DNA of 63,845 nt, counting the filler, from Craspedostauros australis (lineage: Eukaryota), in NCBI GenBank assembly GCA_030167865.1. It is 7 parts of 7 records of this genome, joined end to end, with 100 filler letters (N's around TTAATTAATTAA, not from the genome) between each part and the next. Parts side by side here need not be neighbours in the genome. Positions count along the whole stretch, not along the records: positions 9,287 to 39,479 come from JALAGF010006561.1; 6 more parts are not named here. One strand, given 5' to 3'. The position numbers were made by a program, and so were the translations under genes. Below are positions 12,327 through 23,534 of this stretch, piece after piece. The notes beneath the pieces were generated by a model. The model was not told the origin of the DNA. It saw only the letters and a program-made list of their open reading frames with translations, and ran no database searches. How positions within the stretch are numbered: position 1 is the stretch's first letter; every line of letters starts with the position of its first letter.

Positions 12327-12591
12327 GTTGAGTACTTTCAACGCTTGTTGAGTACTTTCAACGCTTGTTGAGTACTTTCAACGTTTGTTGAGTACTTTCA
12401 ACGTTTGTTGAGTACTTTCAACGTTTGTTGAGTACTTTCAACGTTTGTTNNNNNNNNNNNNNNNNNNNNNAGTACTTTCAACGTTTGTTCAGTACTTTCA
12501 ACGTTTGTTCAGTACTTTCAACGTTTGTTGAGTACTTTCAACGTTTGTTCAGTACTTTCAACGTTTGTTGAGCACTTTCAACGTTTGTTGA
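12327..12591. repeat. Tandem array of ~13 x 20 bp, GTTGAGTACTTTCAACGTTT
   Basis: Directly visible, with no spacers. Each unit has an internal inverted pair GTTGA/TCAAC. Includes a 21-N gap. Confidence 0.97.
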
Positions 12592-14625
12592 CGGGGTACA
12601 TGGTGTTCGGATTTCAAACATTAAACGGTTATATACGTTATCATTGTGGATATACTCCGAGTGTTGAGTCGTTCCAATCAAGTCACGTACGAAGTTGATG
12701 ATTAGTCAGAGTGGTCGAATGCGAACGTGTGACAGTTTCAGCGGAATTCCCGTGCCTTGCTGGTTCGTGCGACTTGGATCCTCCTGTTCCCATCCATCAC
12801 GAGTATGTACTACTACAACTACGACCAGAGTAGTACATGAACAACAACAAGAAGGAAGACAACAGAGGATTCTGACAACAACAGGGTTCTGTTGTGTGGC
12901 ATTGTCGGAAACGAGAATCTTCGACTGATACGACTATGAGTAAGATCACCAAAGAAGACCAATGACCGTGCTGACATCTGTCGAAACACGACACGCAGGT
13001 GGCTCGAAATGGTCGTTGAGTGTTGTCATTGGTCTGAACGGTCTTGTGGTTTGAGCATGGCCTCTGCCTACAACAACTCGAGTTCAGCCATCATCAACAC
13101 AACATCAATTCGAAGCAAACAACGCGAAAGTCTCCGGAGACAGAGAGACAGAGGGAGAGGGAGCTGTCATCATCATCACCACCATGTACACCATGACCCA
13201 CGATTGCTTGCGTCATCGTGGCATCTGCAAGACCGCTGACCCTCGTCCGCCTGCCATCACAAGTACCAACTTGAGGCGCGAAGCAACGCCTCGGACAAAG
13301 ATGAAGCCACCGATGCGACTGCCTTTGTTGGTTGACTTTGTTGGCTGCGACACATCTCATTTGGATTTGGCTGGTTGCCATCCCACTGCGTTGCAAGCAT
13401 CACCATCCGCACGGGCAACAAGAGTCCCCAACATCACACCAACATCACATTGCGTATTGGGATGGGTTGGGGTGGCACCTTCAGCAATCAACAGGCAGAG
13501 CGATACTGTGCCATCGATGCTCAACCAAGGCGATCGACAGGAACATCCACCTCACGAACAAAGTTGGGAGCACCATGAAGGAGGACATGTGGGTGTACGG
13601 TGCGCGCATCGGCCACGGATCGCTGACCGCATGATTCTTGTGCTGTATGGAACTCTGTGTCAACCATGATCTGCAATACGGCACTTGCACTCTGCATGGG
13701 GTTGCTGGTTGGTTCGTTGGTTCGTTGGTTTCTTCTTGTGCTCGTCAAGTTCTCTGGATGCTTGGACTGCGCTGGCTCGTCGGTTCTTGTCTTTCCTCCA
13801 CACTGGCACTGGTAGCTTCGAAGAATGGAATGGATGGTGACCCTGGCATTTGTTGCTCCAACAGTGAGTGATCACTCCTCCTGGGGCTTGGCAAGGGTCT
13901 TGACTGCAGTTTTGGCACAATGGTGGGAGCGCAACTCCTGGAGCGATGAGGTCGATAGCGCGACACAGGACGGTCGATGGAACCGTGCAACAACCATGCT
14001 CCTCGCGGCTTCCCATCATTCCCCTCTGCCTTGTTCGCCATGTGCTCTTCGTAGATCGTCTCTTCCACAAACTTGGATCGGCTGGCATTTTGGCAATGTA
14101 GCTTTGAATCGGCTTGGCAGTGTGTGACTTGGAGTGGAGAGTGCTCTGTGTGTGAATCCGGCGGCACAGCGACGACCGCACAGCTTGTGAACATGCTGCT
14201 GCCATGCGTCCTCTGTCTGCGCAACGAGCCAACAACGATGCTGATGGTGGAGTGTGGATGGAACCACGGACGTCCAATCTGCTCATGAATGACATTGGCA
14301 ACATCCCTGTGTGCGTTTGTACTGCAGAGAGCAGACCAGACTAGTCGTAGACAAGGCGGAGGCAGCATGGGAGCAGTACCCAGCCCTTCCATCTCTTGAC
14401 ACATCCGGTGCCTTTATCACAGCGTTCTATTGCACGAGCATATATAGTGCATGCGGTACTATTGCAAACATACGTACAGAAGCACAGTCTATTTGTAGGT
14501 GTATTACATCCAGGGACATGGATCTGCCACACCTCTATGAGTATGATACAAATACGGAGCGGGCCATCCATCTCATTCCATCCCATCCATCCCATCGTAT
14601 CATTTCATCACATCTATGCACGCAT

Positions 14626-16188
14626 TCATTCAAAATCAAAGCTCTCCGTAGTGAAGCTGTGGCTGTTGCCGCTTTCAAAGCTGCGAATGGAGATGTCCGG
14701 GCTTCCAAGAGATGAAGAGCTCGCGTGGAATTGCAGCGTTGGTAACGACTGGTTGCGCCGCACCACCGGCGTTAGTTTCTTCAGCGCTGTCCGCGTGGCA
14801 CAAGCTGACCCGCTTTCCTCCTTGGTGCTTCTGGTGTCTTTGCCTGGGGCAGTCATAGTGGCAGTCATGGTGGAGCTGGTGTTAGTTCCGTTGGTGTTGG
14901 CCTTGCTGAAGTTGACACCAATGCTCAGTTCGTTGCTGGAATTGCTGAACTCGGGCTTGGCGCTGAAGCCACTGAACCCGCCGAAGCTCGTCATGGAGGC
15001 TTCGCCATTGAAGTTCAAGGCAGACTGGCTGTTGCCGTTGTTGCCGTTGTTTCCGTTGTTGCCGTTGCGTCGCTTGGCAGCGGTGGCCCCCATCGCTGAC
15101 ATCAAGCTCTTGGAACGTTCCAGCTGCTTGCGCTGGAAGTTGAGCTTCTTCGTTGGATCCAGAAGTCTCTCATCGTCAACTGCGGCAGAGGCTTCACTCA
15201 TGGAGCGCTGTGGCATCGACTTGCGGAACAGTGGGCCTGCCGCCGCAGCAATTTTCTCCTCCTCTTGGTCCAATCGATCAAAGAGTTTGCTCTTCAGCGC
15301 ATCCCGTGCCTGCTTCTGCACTTCTTTCTGGCCCTTGCTGGTCCGCTTGGGCATCCTCTCGTACAAATCACTGCCCGGTCCACCTTTGATGCTTCGCTTC
15401 AGCACACCCTGCTTTCCTAACCGTTTCCGCAATCGGTCTACGCTGGATGCACAGGATGCGTCGTCACTGCTCTCGTCCTTCTTGCTGTTGTTTGGATGCC
15501 ACGTTTCATTGCTGAAGTGCTGCTCCAGATCTGGCGTTGCCTTCTTCTCTTCATCCCCGGGCTTCTTCTCGCCATTCTCGACGTTCTTGCCTTTCTTGGT
15601 TGCATCAGTATCTGTGCTTCCATCTGTGTCTGGATTTGCTGATGCTGCCAGTGACGACGTAGATGGCGACGATGATGATGACGATGCAGCGGTGGATTTT
15701 GTTGAGACTGTGGACAGACCACCGCCCTCCTTTGTTGACGACGAATTTGATGAAATCACATCTTGTTCAATAATGGACGCCATGCTCCTTTGTCTCTCGG
15801 CAGTCATGCTTGGACAGCGTTTCAAAGAACGCTTGCTCGGCTTCGTATCGTCAGCGTCCAGGATCCTTGATGGCAGCGTCTTGGTGGGTTTGGGCCGTCC
15901 CATGCTGCTTCGCATCACCTCACTCGATGGCTTTTCTGGTTGATCCAACAGGCGGTTCGATCCGTTGGACTTTGTGCGATGCAGCTGGCGTGGTGGTGCT
16001 TGCTTGGACGATGATGTCGATGACAACGGTGACGGCACCGCAGAAGGCACAGAAGGCGAAGAGGTAGTTGAGCTGTACACCTTCAAAGATGACGGCGATG
16101 ACGACGATGATGCCATTGTGGTAGCAGTAGGAGAAGCAGTAACAGAAGCAGCAGTAGGGCAAACGTCTGATGCTTTCGATTTGCTCAT
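14626..16188 (-). CDS. Ser/Lys-rich, probably disordered 520-aa hypothetical protein (possibly the tail of the upstream ArfGAP-like gene)
   Basis: Long ORF with protein-like composition and no recognisable domain. The frame is closed 17 codons upstream of the ATG. Confidence 0.6.
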   Translation of the reverse strand: MSKSKASDVCPTAASVTASPTATTMASSSSSPSSLKVYSSTTSSPSVPSAVPSPLSSTSSSKQAPPRQLHRTKSNGSNRLLDQPEKPSSEVMRSSMGRPKPTKTLPSRILDADDTKPSKRSLKRCPSMTAERQRSMASIIEQDVISSNSSSTKEGGGLSTVSTKSTAASSSSSSPSTSSLAASANPDTDGSTDTDATKKGKNVENGEKKPGDEEKKATPDLEQHFSNETWHPNNSKKDESSDDASCASSVDRLRKRLGKQGVLKRSIKGGPGSDLYERMPKRTSKGQKEVQKQARDALKSKLFDRLDQEEEKIAAAAGPLFRKSMPQRSMSEASAAVDDERLLDPTKKLNFQRKQLERSKSLMSAMGATAAKRRNGNNGNNGNNGNSQSALNFNGEASMTSFGGFSGFSAKPEFSNSSNELSIGVNFSKANTNGTNTSSTMTATMTAPGKDTRSTKEESGSACATRTALKKLTPVVRRNQSLPTLQFHASSSSLGSPDISIRSFESGNSHSFTTESFDFE

Positions 16189-16249
16189 GTAGCCAGAGTC
16201 CCTGCTTCTGCTCCGATTGTTTCCAGAGATTGCGGCAGATCAACTTCGC

Positions 16250-17115
16250 CCATTCGAACGTCTGTTCTGCGATGACGAAGTCACGTCTCGGTTGGTGGTT
16301 CACATGCGATCCGCTGCGTTTTCTTGGACGAACCGCGTTGTGATTTCCGCTCCCACAACCACCATTACCACTTGCATTGCCGCCCTGGGATGCTACCGAA
16401 CCATGGGACCGATGTCCTTCCGTCGATTTGCTCCTTCTGCTGCCATGCCGTTCTCTGCTTCGATCAGAACGGGCACCTTGTCGTGATGCATCACAGGTGG
16501 GAGTGTTGGTACATATGGAAATGACCCATCATGACCCATTATGATGCAAACCTCCAATCACCAAAAACGAGGCAGCAACTCACATTCATCCAAATGCACG
16601 GATCGGACCTGCGTTGTGGCACCCTTGTCGTCTGCATCGCTGTCTCTGGTGCCCCTTCGATGCGTCGACCGGAACATGATGCGGTGCGCACTGACGCATT
16701 CCAAGCAACAGAACGCGATCATTCGCAGGATGTTGTCCGCATCGCCGTCCAGATCGTTATGCAACGGTCCTGATCGCGTTGTGCGACCTTCGTCGAGATC
16801 GATGTCGAGATCGAGTCGGTGATGCACGAAGACACTCTACGCGGGTCTGCGCGCGTGACAATCCACGCACTTTCCATATTCCAGTTTGCACTGCAAGGTC
16901 TTGATGCGTCTCTTCCAGTCCATATCCGTCGACGATCCTTGCTGTTGCGTTGCTGCTGCGTTCGAGTCGTTGAATTTGGTTCTTCGCATGTTGCTGTTGT
17001 TGGTTCGATTGGCGATGCCAGCGGCGGGATTTTCGTATTTGTTGCTCTTCGATCTGCCAATGGTGGGCTTTCGCAGCGTTGTCTGTTGCAGACTCGTCTG
17101 CGTTGCGGTGATCAT
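16250..17115 (-). pseudogene. ArfGAP-domain-like pseudogene
   Basis: CVDCHARRPA*S..AFCCLECVSAHR..QVRSVHLDE matches the ArfGAP Cys4 finger and VRSxxLD motif. The stop at 16839-16837 sits at the conserved Trp. There is a GTGAGT donor at 16583, then GGN, LWE and RRDFV remnants in shifting frames. Confidence 0.55.
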
Positions 17116-17794
17116 CGCAATTCAATGGCTGCTCGATGTTGTTGGACAATCGGAACTGCTGAATCTGACCCAACGCGCTGCGGGAGATAGATAGATCGGT
17201 AGATGGATGGATGAATGGATGGCCAAGGTAAAGCAAGTCCCCGTGCACTGGCGGAGGAGACGGGTCTGCAGTTCTGCGGCTTGGTCTGTGCGTGCCAACT
17301 GCAACGTCAACGTCAACGGACACAGATGCGGATCGAGTCTGAGAGCAGTGACGGAGACAGGCAGAGAGAGAGAGAGAGATGGATGGATGGATGGAGAGAA
17401 GATGTTGCGATCCTCAAAGTCTGTCGCTGCACTGCCCAATGTCGAGTGTTTGACTGTTGTGTTCTGCCGTTATTACGAGTATGGGATGCTGACGATGTGT
17501 GTGCGTGGGTGCAGCTGTGTGCCTTCCCACGGCAGCGTAGGGATCCGGTGGTCGGACACCATCCTCTTCCAGCAACTTCGATCGTCATGACCTCATGACC
17601 GCACGAAGGTTCGAACAGAGTATCAGACTGGACGCTTTGCTGTGGCAACTCCCAGAGTAGATCGTACTCATGGAAGGTTCCACAGTAATACTCATAGTCG
17701 TACAACGGGTGGGTCAAGGTGCGGAGCAACTGGCGAGCCTTCCCACAGTTCCTCTTGAATGTCGATGACTCATCATCTTGTCTGATTGTTTGTG

Positions 17795-17878
17795 TTGTTG
17801 GTGGTGTTGGTGGTGTTGTTGGTGGTGTTGTTGGTGGTGTTGTTGGTGGTGTTGGTGGTGTTGTTGTTGGTGGTGGTA
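17795..17878. repeat. (GGT/GTT)n low-complexity repeat; (GA)n microsatellite nearby at 18122-18165
   Basis: Directly visible; expanded relative to the U1 and U4 copies. Confidence 0.9.
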
Positions 17879-19495
17879 TCAATGTGAAGGGATGCGGCGT
17901 CCTTGGAGGGGGTCGCCATCGCCATCGTCGAACAGAGTTGCGTTGCACGAAGACAACAGTGAGGTGATGTTCGCCGTGGGTGTTTGTGTGCGCCATCACT
18001 TGAATGAAGCACGGACGGCAGACAGACGAGTACCCACCAAACGCGCCAAAAATTCTTGACGCCACCCGAAACAACAGATCTTCGATTTTTCGACATGATC
18101 CATCAAACGACTTCAACACAAAGAGAGAGAGAGAGAGAGAGAGAGAGTGAGAGAGAGTGAGTGAGATGAAATGGTATGACCATGTTTGCGTTGATGGAGA
18201 TATCAGCCAACAATGAGGCGTTGGCCTTCAAGCAACGAAGCAATGAAGCAATCAAGCAAGCGGCGGCTGCACAAAATATGGCACACCAATAGAATCAACG
18301 AAGGCGGCCATGGCAAGAGACGATGATGATGCCGATGATGAATGACGAGCGGTGACGAACAGCGATCTCAAACTTGTCGCATCGCTCAGCGACATCCGAA
18401 AGGAAGATATCACACAAACTGCTCCGGAGTAGAGAATATCTTGGGACATGGGCAATGGCAGCGCCAACAACAGAACCAACAGCCATGGCAAGACATGTCA
18501 TGGCCCATGGTGCGGTCTGGATTCAAGTCATCAGCAGCCGCGCGCACGCACATAAACGTCCGATGCGCTGTCGGCAACAGAGATTCAGCACATGCTGGAC
18601 GGGTGCATCCGTGAGGTCAAACGCAGCGACTTTTTCCGAGACCTGCAGAGCCATCAGTTCGGTGATGTTCCTCAGTTTCCACAACATGCACCACAACCAG
18701 CCACGCCTGTTCATACCGATGCTCGAAGCGATACGTCGCCGCCACAAACCGCAAACGATGAGACAGAGGCACTGTCTTTTCAGATCGACGAATGAAAGAA
18801 ATTGTGTGCCACTGCATCGGCAACTTCTCCCATTGCTCGTCATCTTTGTCGGCCATACCTATCGAAAACCATGCAACCGCTGGCATGCGCTTGTGCCCTG
18901 CGCGACATCATGCACGAACTACAGCAGCACCAACAACAACAAGCTGACAGTCGCAGTACGCTCCACTTCATCAAGTTGGATTCGATTCCAACAAGCCATG
19001 CAGGATGCCCGCGGGGTCCGCCGTCGTTTCCCACGCAGCTCCTTCCACACCAATGAAACCAACGAACAAACGAACGAACGCGGAAACCATACTATATGAT
19101 CGGCAATGACGACCACGACAATAACAACAGTGGCTGGACTGTCTTCTTCATGTCACATTGGCCAATGGTACTGCCCACCAACGTGCCTTACACCAACCGG
19201 GATCATCTGCAATCCATGCACAGAACATCATGCGTATCTTGCGGCCCAGCCATACTGTGCTGCGAACGACACAGGAGTACATGGAGCAGCATGCTGTGCG
19301 GATCGCCAAAAGCGACGGTCAAGGCATGCCAGACGCACCATTGAATGAATCGATCATAAATTGCTCCAGTTCCTTTCACACAGTTACTGTCCTAATGACT
19401 ATTCTGATAACTATTCTTGTCCATCAACTCAATTCTGTCATGCGTTCACTTCTCGAAGACTGCTGTTATGGTGTGGTATGGCATGGTCTGGCGTT

Positions 19496-20622
19496 TCACT
19501 CCTCTTCTTCAGCAGCACCGTCCGTCTCAATCGTTTTGGATGATTTGGTAGTCAAAGAGCAGACGAAGTCCACCAATGTCGCCCGATCCAGGTATGAATC
19601 CACTTGTGTTGTGCCCTCATCCTCATCCACAACCTTGTGCAACTCCACCATGGACATACGACTGTACTCATCATCAATACCATCACTCTCCATTCTCCCA
19701 CTGCAAAACACCTGGATCTCCGTCATCAGTTGGGGTTGTAGAATCAGTTTGCTTAAATCTAGATGAGTGAACATATCTTTCTCACTTTCAGCTGCCATTC
19801 TCATTGCTGCATCCTTCAACACCACACAGTTGTGTTGATCAGCGAATATCAACGCACCTATCATGGTGCCCTTGGTGAGATGCTTGCGGACCAACTCTGC
19901 TTCAAGAACAAGCTTGAGTCGCCAGAAGCCGATCTCGTTGGCCACCAGGATCAGCTGGTGCAGACTATGCTGTCCATTGAGGGTGGGAGTTGGCTGGTGA
20001 GAGGCATCTGTATCGTGGTGAGCGCTGGTGTGAGCGCTGGTGTGAGCGCCGANNNNNNNNNNNNNNNNNNNNNNNNNNNNNNNNNNNNNNNNNNNNNNNN
20101 NNNNNNNNNNNNNNNNNNNNNNNNNNNNNNNNNNNNNNNNNNNNNNNNNNNNNNNNNNNNNNNNNNNNNNNNNNNNNNNNNNNNNNNNNNNNNNNNNNNN
20201 NNNNNNNNNNNNNNNNGTGTGGTGATGTTGGATTCCTTTGTCGATCAGTGTCTCAATGGATGGGACAGCGATCATAAGGGCTTCGGCGTTTGTCTTGATT
20301 GGTTGTTGTCGGTCGTCCTGTCCACATACGAAGATGGTGTCTGGCCTGTTCTCGGTTTGGAAGGATCTGNNNNNNNNNNNNNNNNNNNNNNNNNNNNNNN
20401 NNNNNNNNNNNNNNNNNNNAGGGATGGTTGTTTGGATGGGGGCTGCACCGTCGTCAGTGCCATCATTCGTGTGGTGATGTTGGATTCCTTTGTCGATCAG
20501 TGTCTCAATGGATGGGACAGCGATCATAAGGGCTTCGGCGTTTGTCTTGATTGGTTGTTGTCGGTCGTCCTGTCCACATACGAAGATGGTGTCTGGCCTG
20601 TTCTCGGTTTGGAAGGATCTGG
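19496..20622 (-). CDS. BTB/POZ + BACK-like domain of ANK copy 3, in the -1 frame relative to the ANK ORF; contains gaps
   Basis: RSFQTENRPDTIFVCG..LHQLILVANEIGFWRLKLVLEAELVRKHL..ALIFADQHNCVVLKDAAM. No stops in the sequenced part; spans N gaps and a gap-flank duplication. Confidence 0.7.
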
Positions 20623-22215
20623 GCTGTCTTCAATGTTGATGTTGGTCCTCTTGTGACTGCTGTGTTTGTGTTCATTCTCTTGCTTCTTTCGCTTCAACTG
20701 CTGTCCCAACTGTTCTTGTGGCTGTTCATTTGCTTGCTCGTTTTGTTGTAAGCGTTGCTGCAGTTGTTGCAGTTGTGGGTCAGCTGAAGGCGAAAGTCCT
20801 CTGATGAGGGACTCCACACACTCCAGCATGCTGTTCCGGCATGCATAATGAAGGGGAGTGGAACCATGGTTGGCGTTGCAGTTGGCATTCGCCCCACATG
20901 ATTCAATGAGGTACTCCACACACTCCAGGTGGTCGAACATGCATGCCTGATGAAGGGGAGTGCGGCCATCGTTGTTTTTGCAGTTGATGTTCGCCCCGCA
21001 TGATTCGATGAGGTACTTGATACACTCCAGCTCGCCGCTGTCGCATGCGAGATGAAGGGGAGTGCGGCCATCGTTGTCTTTGCTGTTGATGTTTGCTTCA
21101 CATGATTCGATGAGGTACTTCACACACTCCAGGTGGCCGTTGATGCATGCCTGATGAAGGGGAGTGTAACCATTGTTGTCTTTGCAGTTGATGTCCGCCC
21201 CACATGATTCGATGAGGTACTCCACACACTCCAGGTGGCCGCTGTAGCATGCCCGATGAAGGGGAGGGAAACCATGGTTGTCTTCGCAGTTGATGTTCGC
21301 CCCACATGATTCGATGAGGTACTTCACACACTCCAGCTCGCCGTTGATGCATGCCCGATGAAGGGGAGTGCGGCCATCCCTGTCTTTGCTGTTGATGTTT
21401 GCTTCACATGATTCGATGAGGTGCTTCACACACTCCAGCTGGCCATATATGCATGCCATATGAAGGGGAGTGGAACCATGGTTGACGTTGCAGTTGGCAT
21501 TCGCCCCACATGATTCGATGAGGTACTTCACACACCCCAGGTGGCCTTCGCAGCATGCCCGATGAAGGGGAGGGAAACCATGGTTGTCTTCGCAGTTGAT
21601 GTTCGCCCCACATGATTCGATGAGGTACTTCACACACTCCAGGTGGCCGTTCATGCATGCCTGATGAAGGGGAGTGTAACCATCGTTGCTTTTGCAGTTG
21701 GCATTCGCTCCACCTGATTCGATGAGGTACTCCACACACTCCAGGTGGCCGCTGTAGCATGCCCGATGAAGGGGAGTGCGGCCATCGCTGTCTTTGCTGT
21801 TGATGTTTGCTTCACATGATTCGATGAGGTACTTCACACACTCCAGCTCGCCGCTGTGGCATGCGAGATGAAGGGGAGTGTAACCATCGTTGTCTTTGCA
21901 GTTGGCATTCGCCCCACATGATTCGATGAGGTACTTCACACACCCCAGGCGGCCGTTCATGCATGCCCAATGAAGGGGAGGGAAACCATGGTTGTCTTCG
22001 CAGTTGATGTTCGCCCCACATGATTCGATGAGGTACTTCACACACTCCAGGTGGCCGTAGATGCATGCCCAATGAAGGGGAGTGAAACCAATCCTGTCTG
22101 TAACCTTGTTGACATCAACTTGTGTCTTCTTGTTCTGCTTCTTCCATTCCTTCAACACCCACAAGTCACCTTCCCCAGCAGCATCAAGGAGTTGTTCGTT
22201 CGTAACACTCGGCAT
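20524..22215 (-). CDS. Ankyrin-repeat protein, copy 3 (N-cap + 13 repeats + Q-rich coil)
   Basis: Thirteen (T/P)PLH repeats. MPSVTNE start at 22215. Reads out of frame into BTB DNA after NIEDS. Confidence 0.92.
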   Translation of the reverse strand: MPSVTNEQLLDAAGEGDLWVLKEWKKQNKKTQVDVNKVTDRIGFTPLHWACIYGHLECVKYLIESCGANINCEDNHGFPPLHWACMNGRLGCVKYLIESCGANANCKDNDGYTPLHLACHSGELECVKYLIESCEANINSKDSDGRTPLHRACYSGHLECVEYLIESGGANANCKSNDGYTPLHQACMNGHLECVKYLIESCGANINCEDNHGFPPLHRACCEGHLGCVKYLIESCGANANCNVNHGSTPLHMACIYGQLECVKHLIESCEANINSKDRDGRTPLHRACINGELECVKYLIESCGANINCEDNHGFPPLHRACYSGHLECVEYLIESCGADINCKDNNGYTPLHQACINGHLECVKYLIESCEANINSKDNDGRTPLHLACDSGELECIKYLIESCGANINCKNNDGRTPLHQACMFDHLECVEYLIESCGANANCNANHGSTPLHYACRNSMLECVESLIRGLSPSADPQLQQLQQRLQQNEQANEQPQEQLGQQLKRKKQENEHKHSSHKRTNINIEDSPDPSKPRTGQTPSSYVDRTTDNNQSRQTPKPL

Positions 22216-23534
22216 TTTGACAGGATGGTCGATGGTTGCTGGACGATTGATGTTGGACGATTGATGTTGGATTGGCTGTCGAGGAAGTGTGCAGTCTGAG
22301 CTATTACACCTATGGCAGAGATATCGATGGTGTGTCTTCAATAGCTTGTATTAGTATGAGTACCATACACTGTGTGATGAATATGAGTGGCAATTCGATG
22401 TCTGTTGTTGATGTGCTCGAGTGTGGGGTTGTGTGGTGTGTTGTTGCTGTCTTGTTCGCACGTGTCCTCTCTCTTTCTTTGCGCACGGTCGAAAATGCCA
22501 GTGCTGACGTGGCTCCCTTTGTTGAGGAGGATGCAGCCTCCCAGAGCCTGAGACGCAGCAACCGCAACCACAAAAGGACTGAGAACTAACGCGCGAGCCA
22601 AACACCATTTGCGCCTTCTTTGGTACTGTAGACGTTTGCCATCGTTGGCACAACACGTTTTCGAGATAGAATTCCGCAGATGCAATCAACCAAACAAGAA
22701 CATGATGCTCGCGCCCATCCGTTCATTCCTTCATTCGTCACCTCATTCATCACACCATCCATCACCTCATCCATTCATCCTTCCATCAACATTCACAACA
22801 CAACCGACAACAACAAGGCTCCACTCACTCACTCACTCTATACGTACATGCACAATCATGTTGGTGCGATTGATGTTTGGTTTCCTTTTGTTGTTTATCT
22901 GTTACTGTTGCTTTAGTTCTTGATGGTCCCCTTGTGCAGAATGATTCGTCGCATCCACCATGAGCGGGGTGCCAACGATGATCCTACGAGATCATGCCAT
23001 GAGGACAGTAGAGAGCAATGAGGAATACGGATAGTCACTTGGGATAGTAGTAGGAGTAGCTGTTGTCGTAGTAATAGTCGTAAAGACTGGGATAATGGTG
23101 ATGACACGGTACTTGGTTCCTCATGGATAGGGGCCTTGCTTGCGCTGTCGTGGCCTGGCGTGTGATGATCTTGACGATCATACGTATGGGCAGTCGATGG
23201 TTGAATGGGTATGGTGTGAAAGTATGTTGGTTTGTTTGTTTTGTTGGAATAAAGGTCGTGGGAAGGGATGTTGCTGTTGCGGATGATTGTTGGATGTTGT
23301 TGCTCCCGTGGATGACGATTGGTCCATCAAATCACGCCATTTGATGTCCCGTCTTCTCGTCTCAGGTGCGTTGCGGTTGTGCTTTTTTCTTGTGAATGCA
23401 TGTGTTGTGATGGACACAAAACAAAACAAGGCAAAGCAGGACAAAGCGATGCGAGGCAAGAGTAACGACGAAAGCGGACTGCCATCCATCATCAATCTCT
23501 CTCTTCCAAAGAGTAGTCATTGGTTGGAACCCAT

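Larger units (their letters stand above)
9287..12756 (-). mobile_element. PIF/Harbinger-type DNA transposon, left end lost in the linker
   Basis: Contains a DDE transposase, a convergent second ORF end and a subterminal 20-bp array. Host ANK-unit leader sequence resumes a few bases after ...GAATTCCCGTGCC (12756), which reads GGCACGGG.. inward, a Harbinger-like terminus. The right end is inferred from one side only. Confidence 0.7.
12760..22470 (-). repeat. ANK-BTB repeat unit U3 (leader-ANK-BTB-D-B start, foreign segment ~14600-17545, block C, next leader)
   Basis: 13090-14590 matches block C, 17550-17960 matches the start of block B, 18000-19490 matches 44200-45635, and 12760-13050 matches 48400-48676. 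Confidence 0.85.

Noticed and set aside
12327..12591. Possible CRISPR array
   Set aside because: No unique spacers, no cas genes and a eukaryotic context; it is a plain tandem repeat.
20217..20621. Direct repeats flanking N gaps (also ~40143-40329, 54783-55650, 59314-59515, 61767-62667)
   Set aside because: Identical sequence on both sides of gaps indicates unmerged contig overlaps, not LTRs or real duplications.
20524..20635. Programmed -1 frameshift joining ANK and BTB
   Set aside because: No canonical X XXY YYZ slippery heptamer in the permissible overlap, and copies 1 and 4 use a stop instead.
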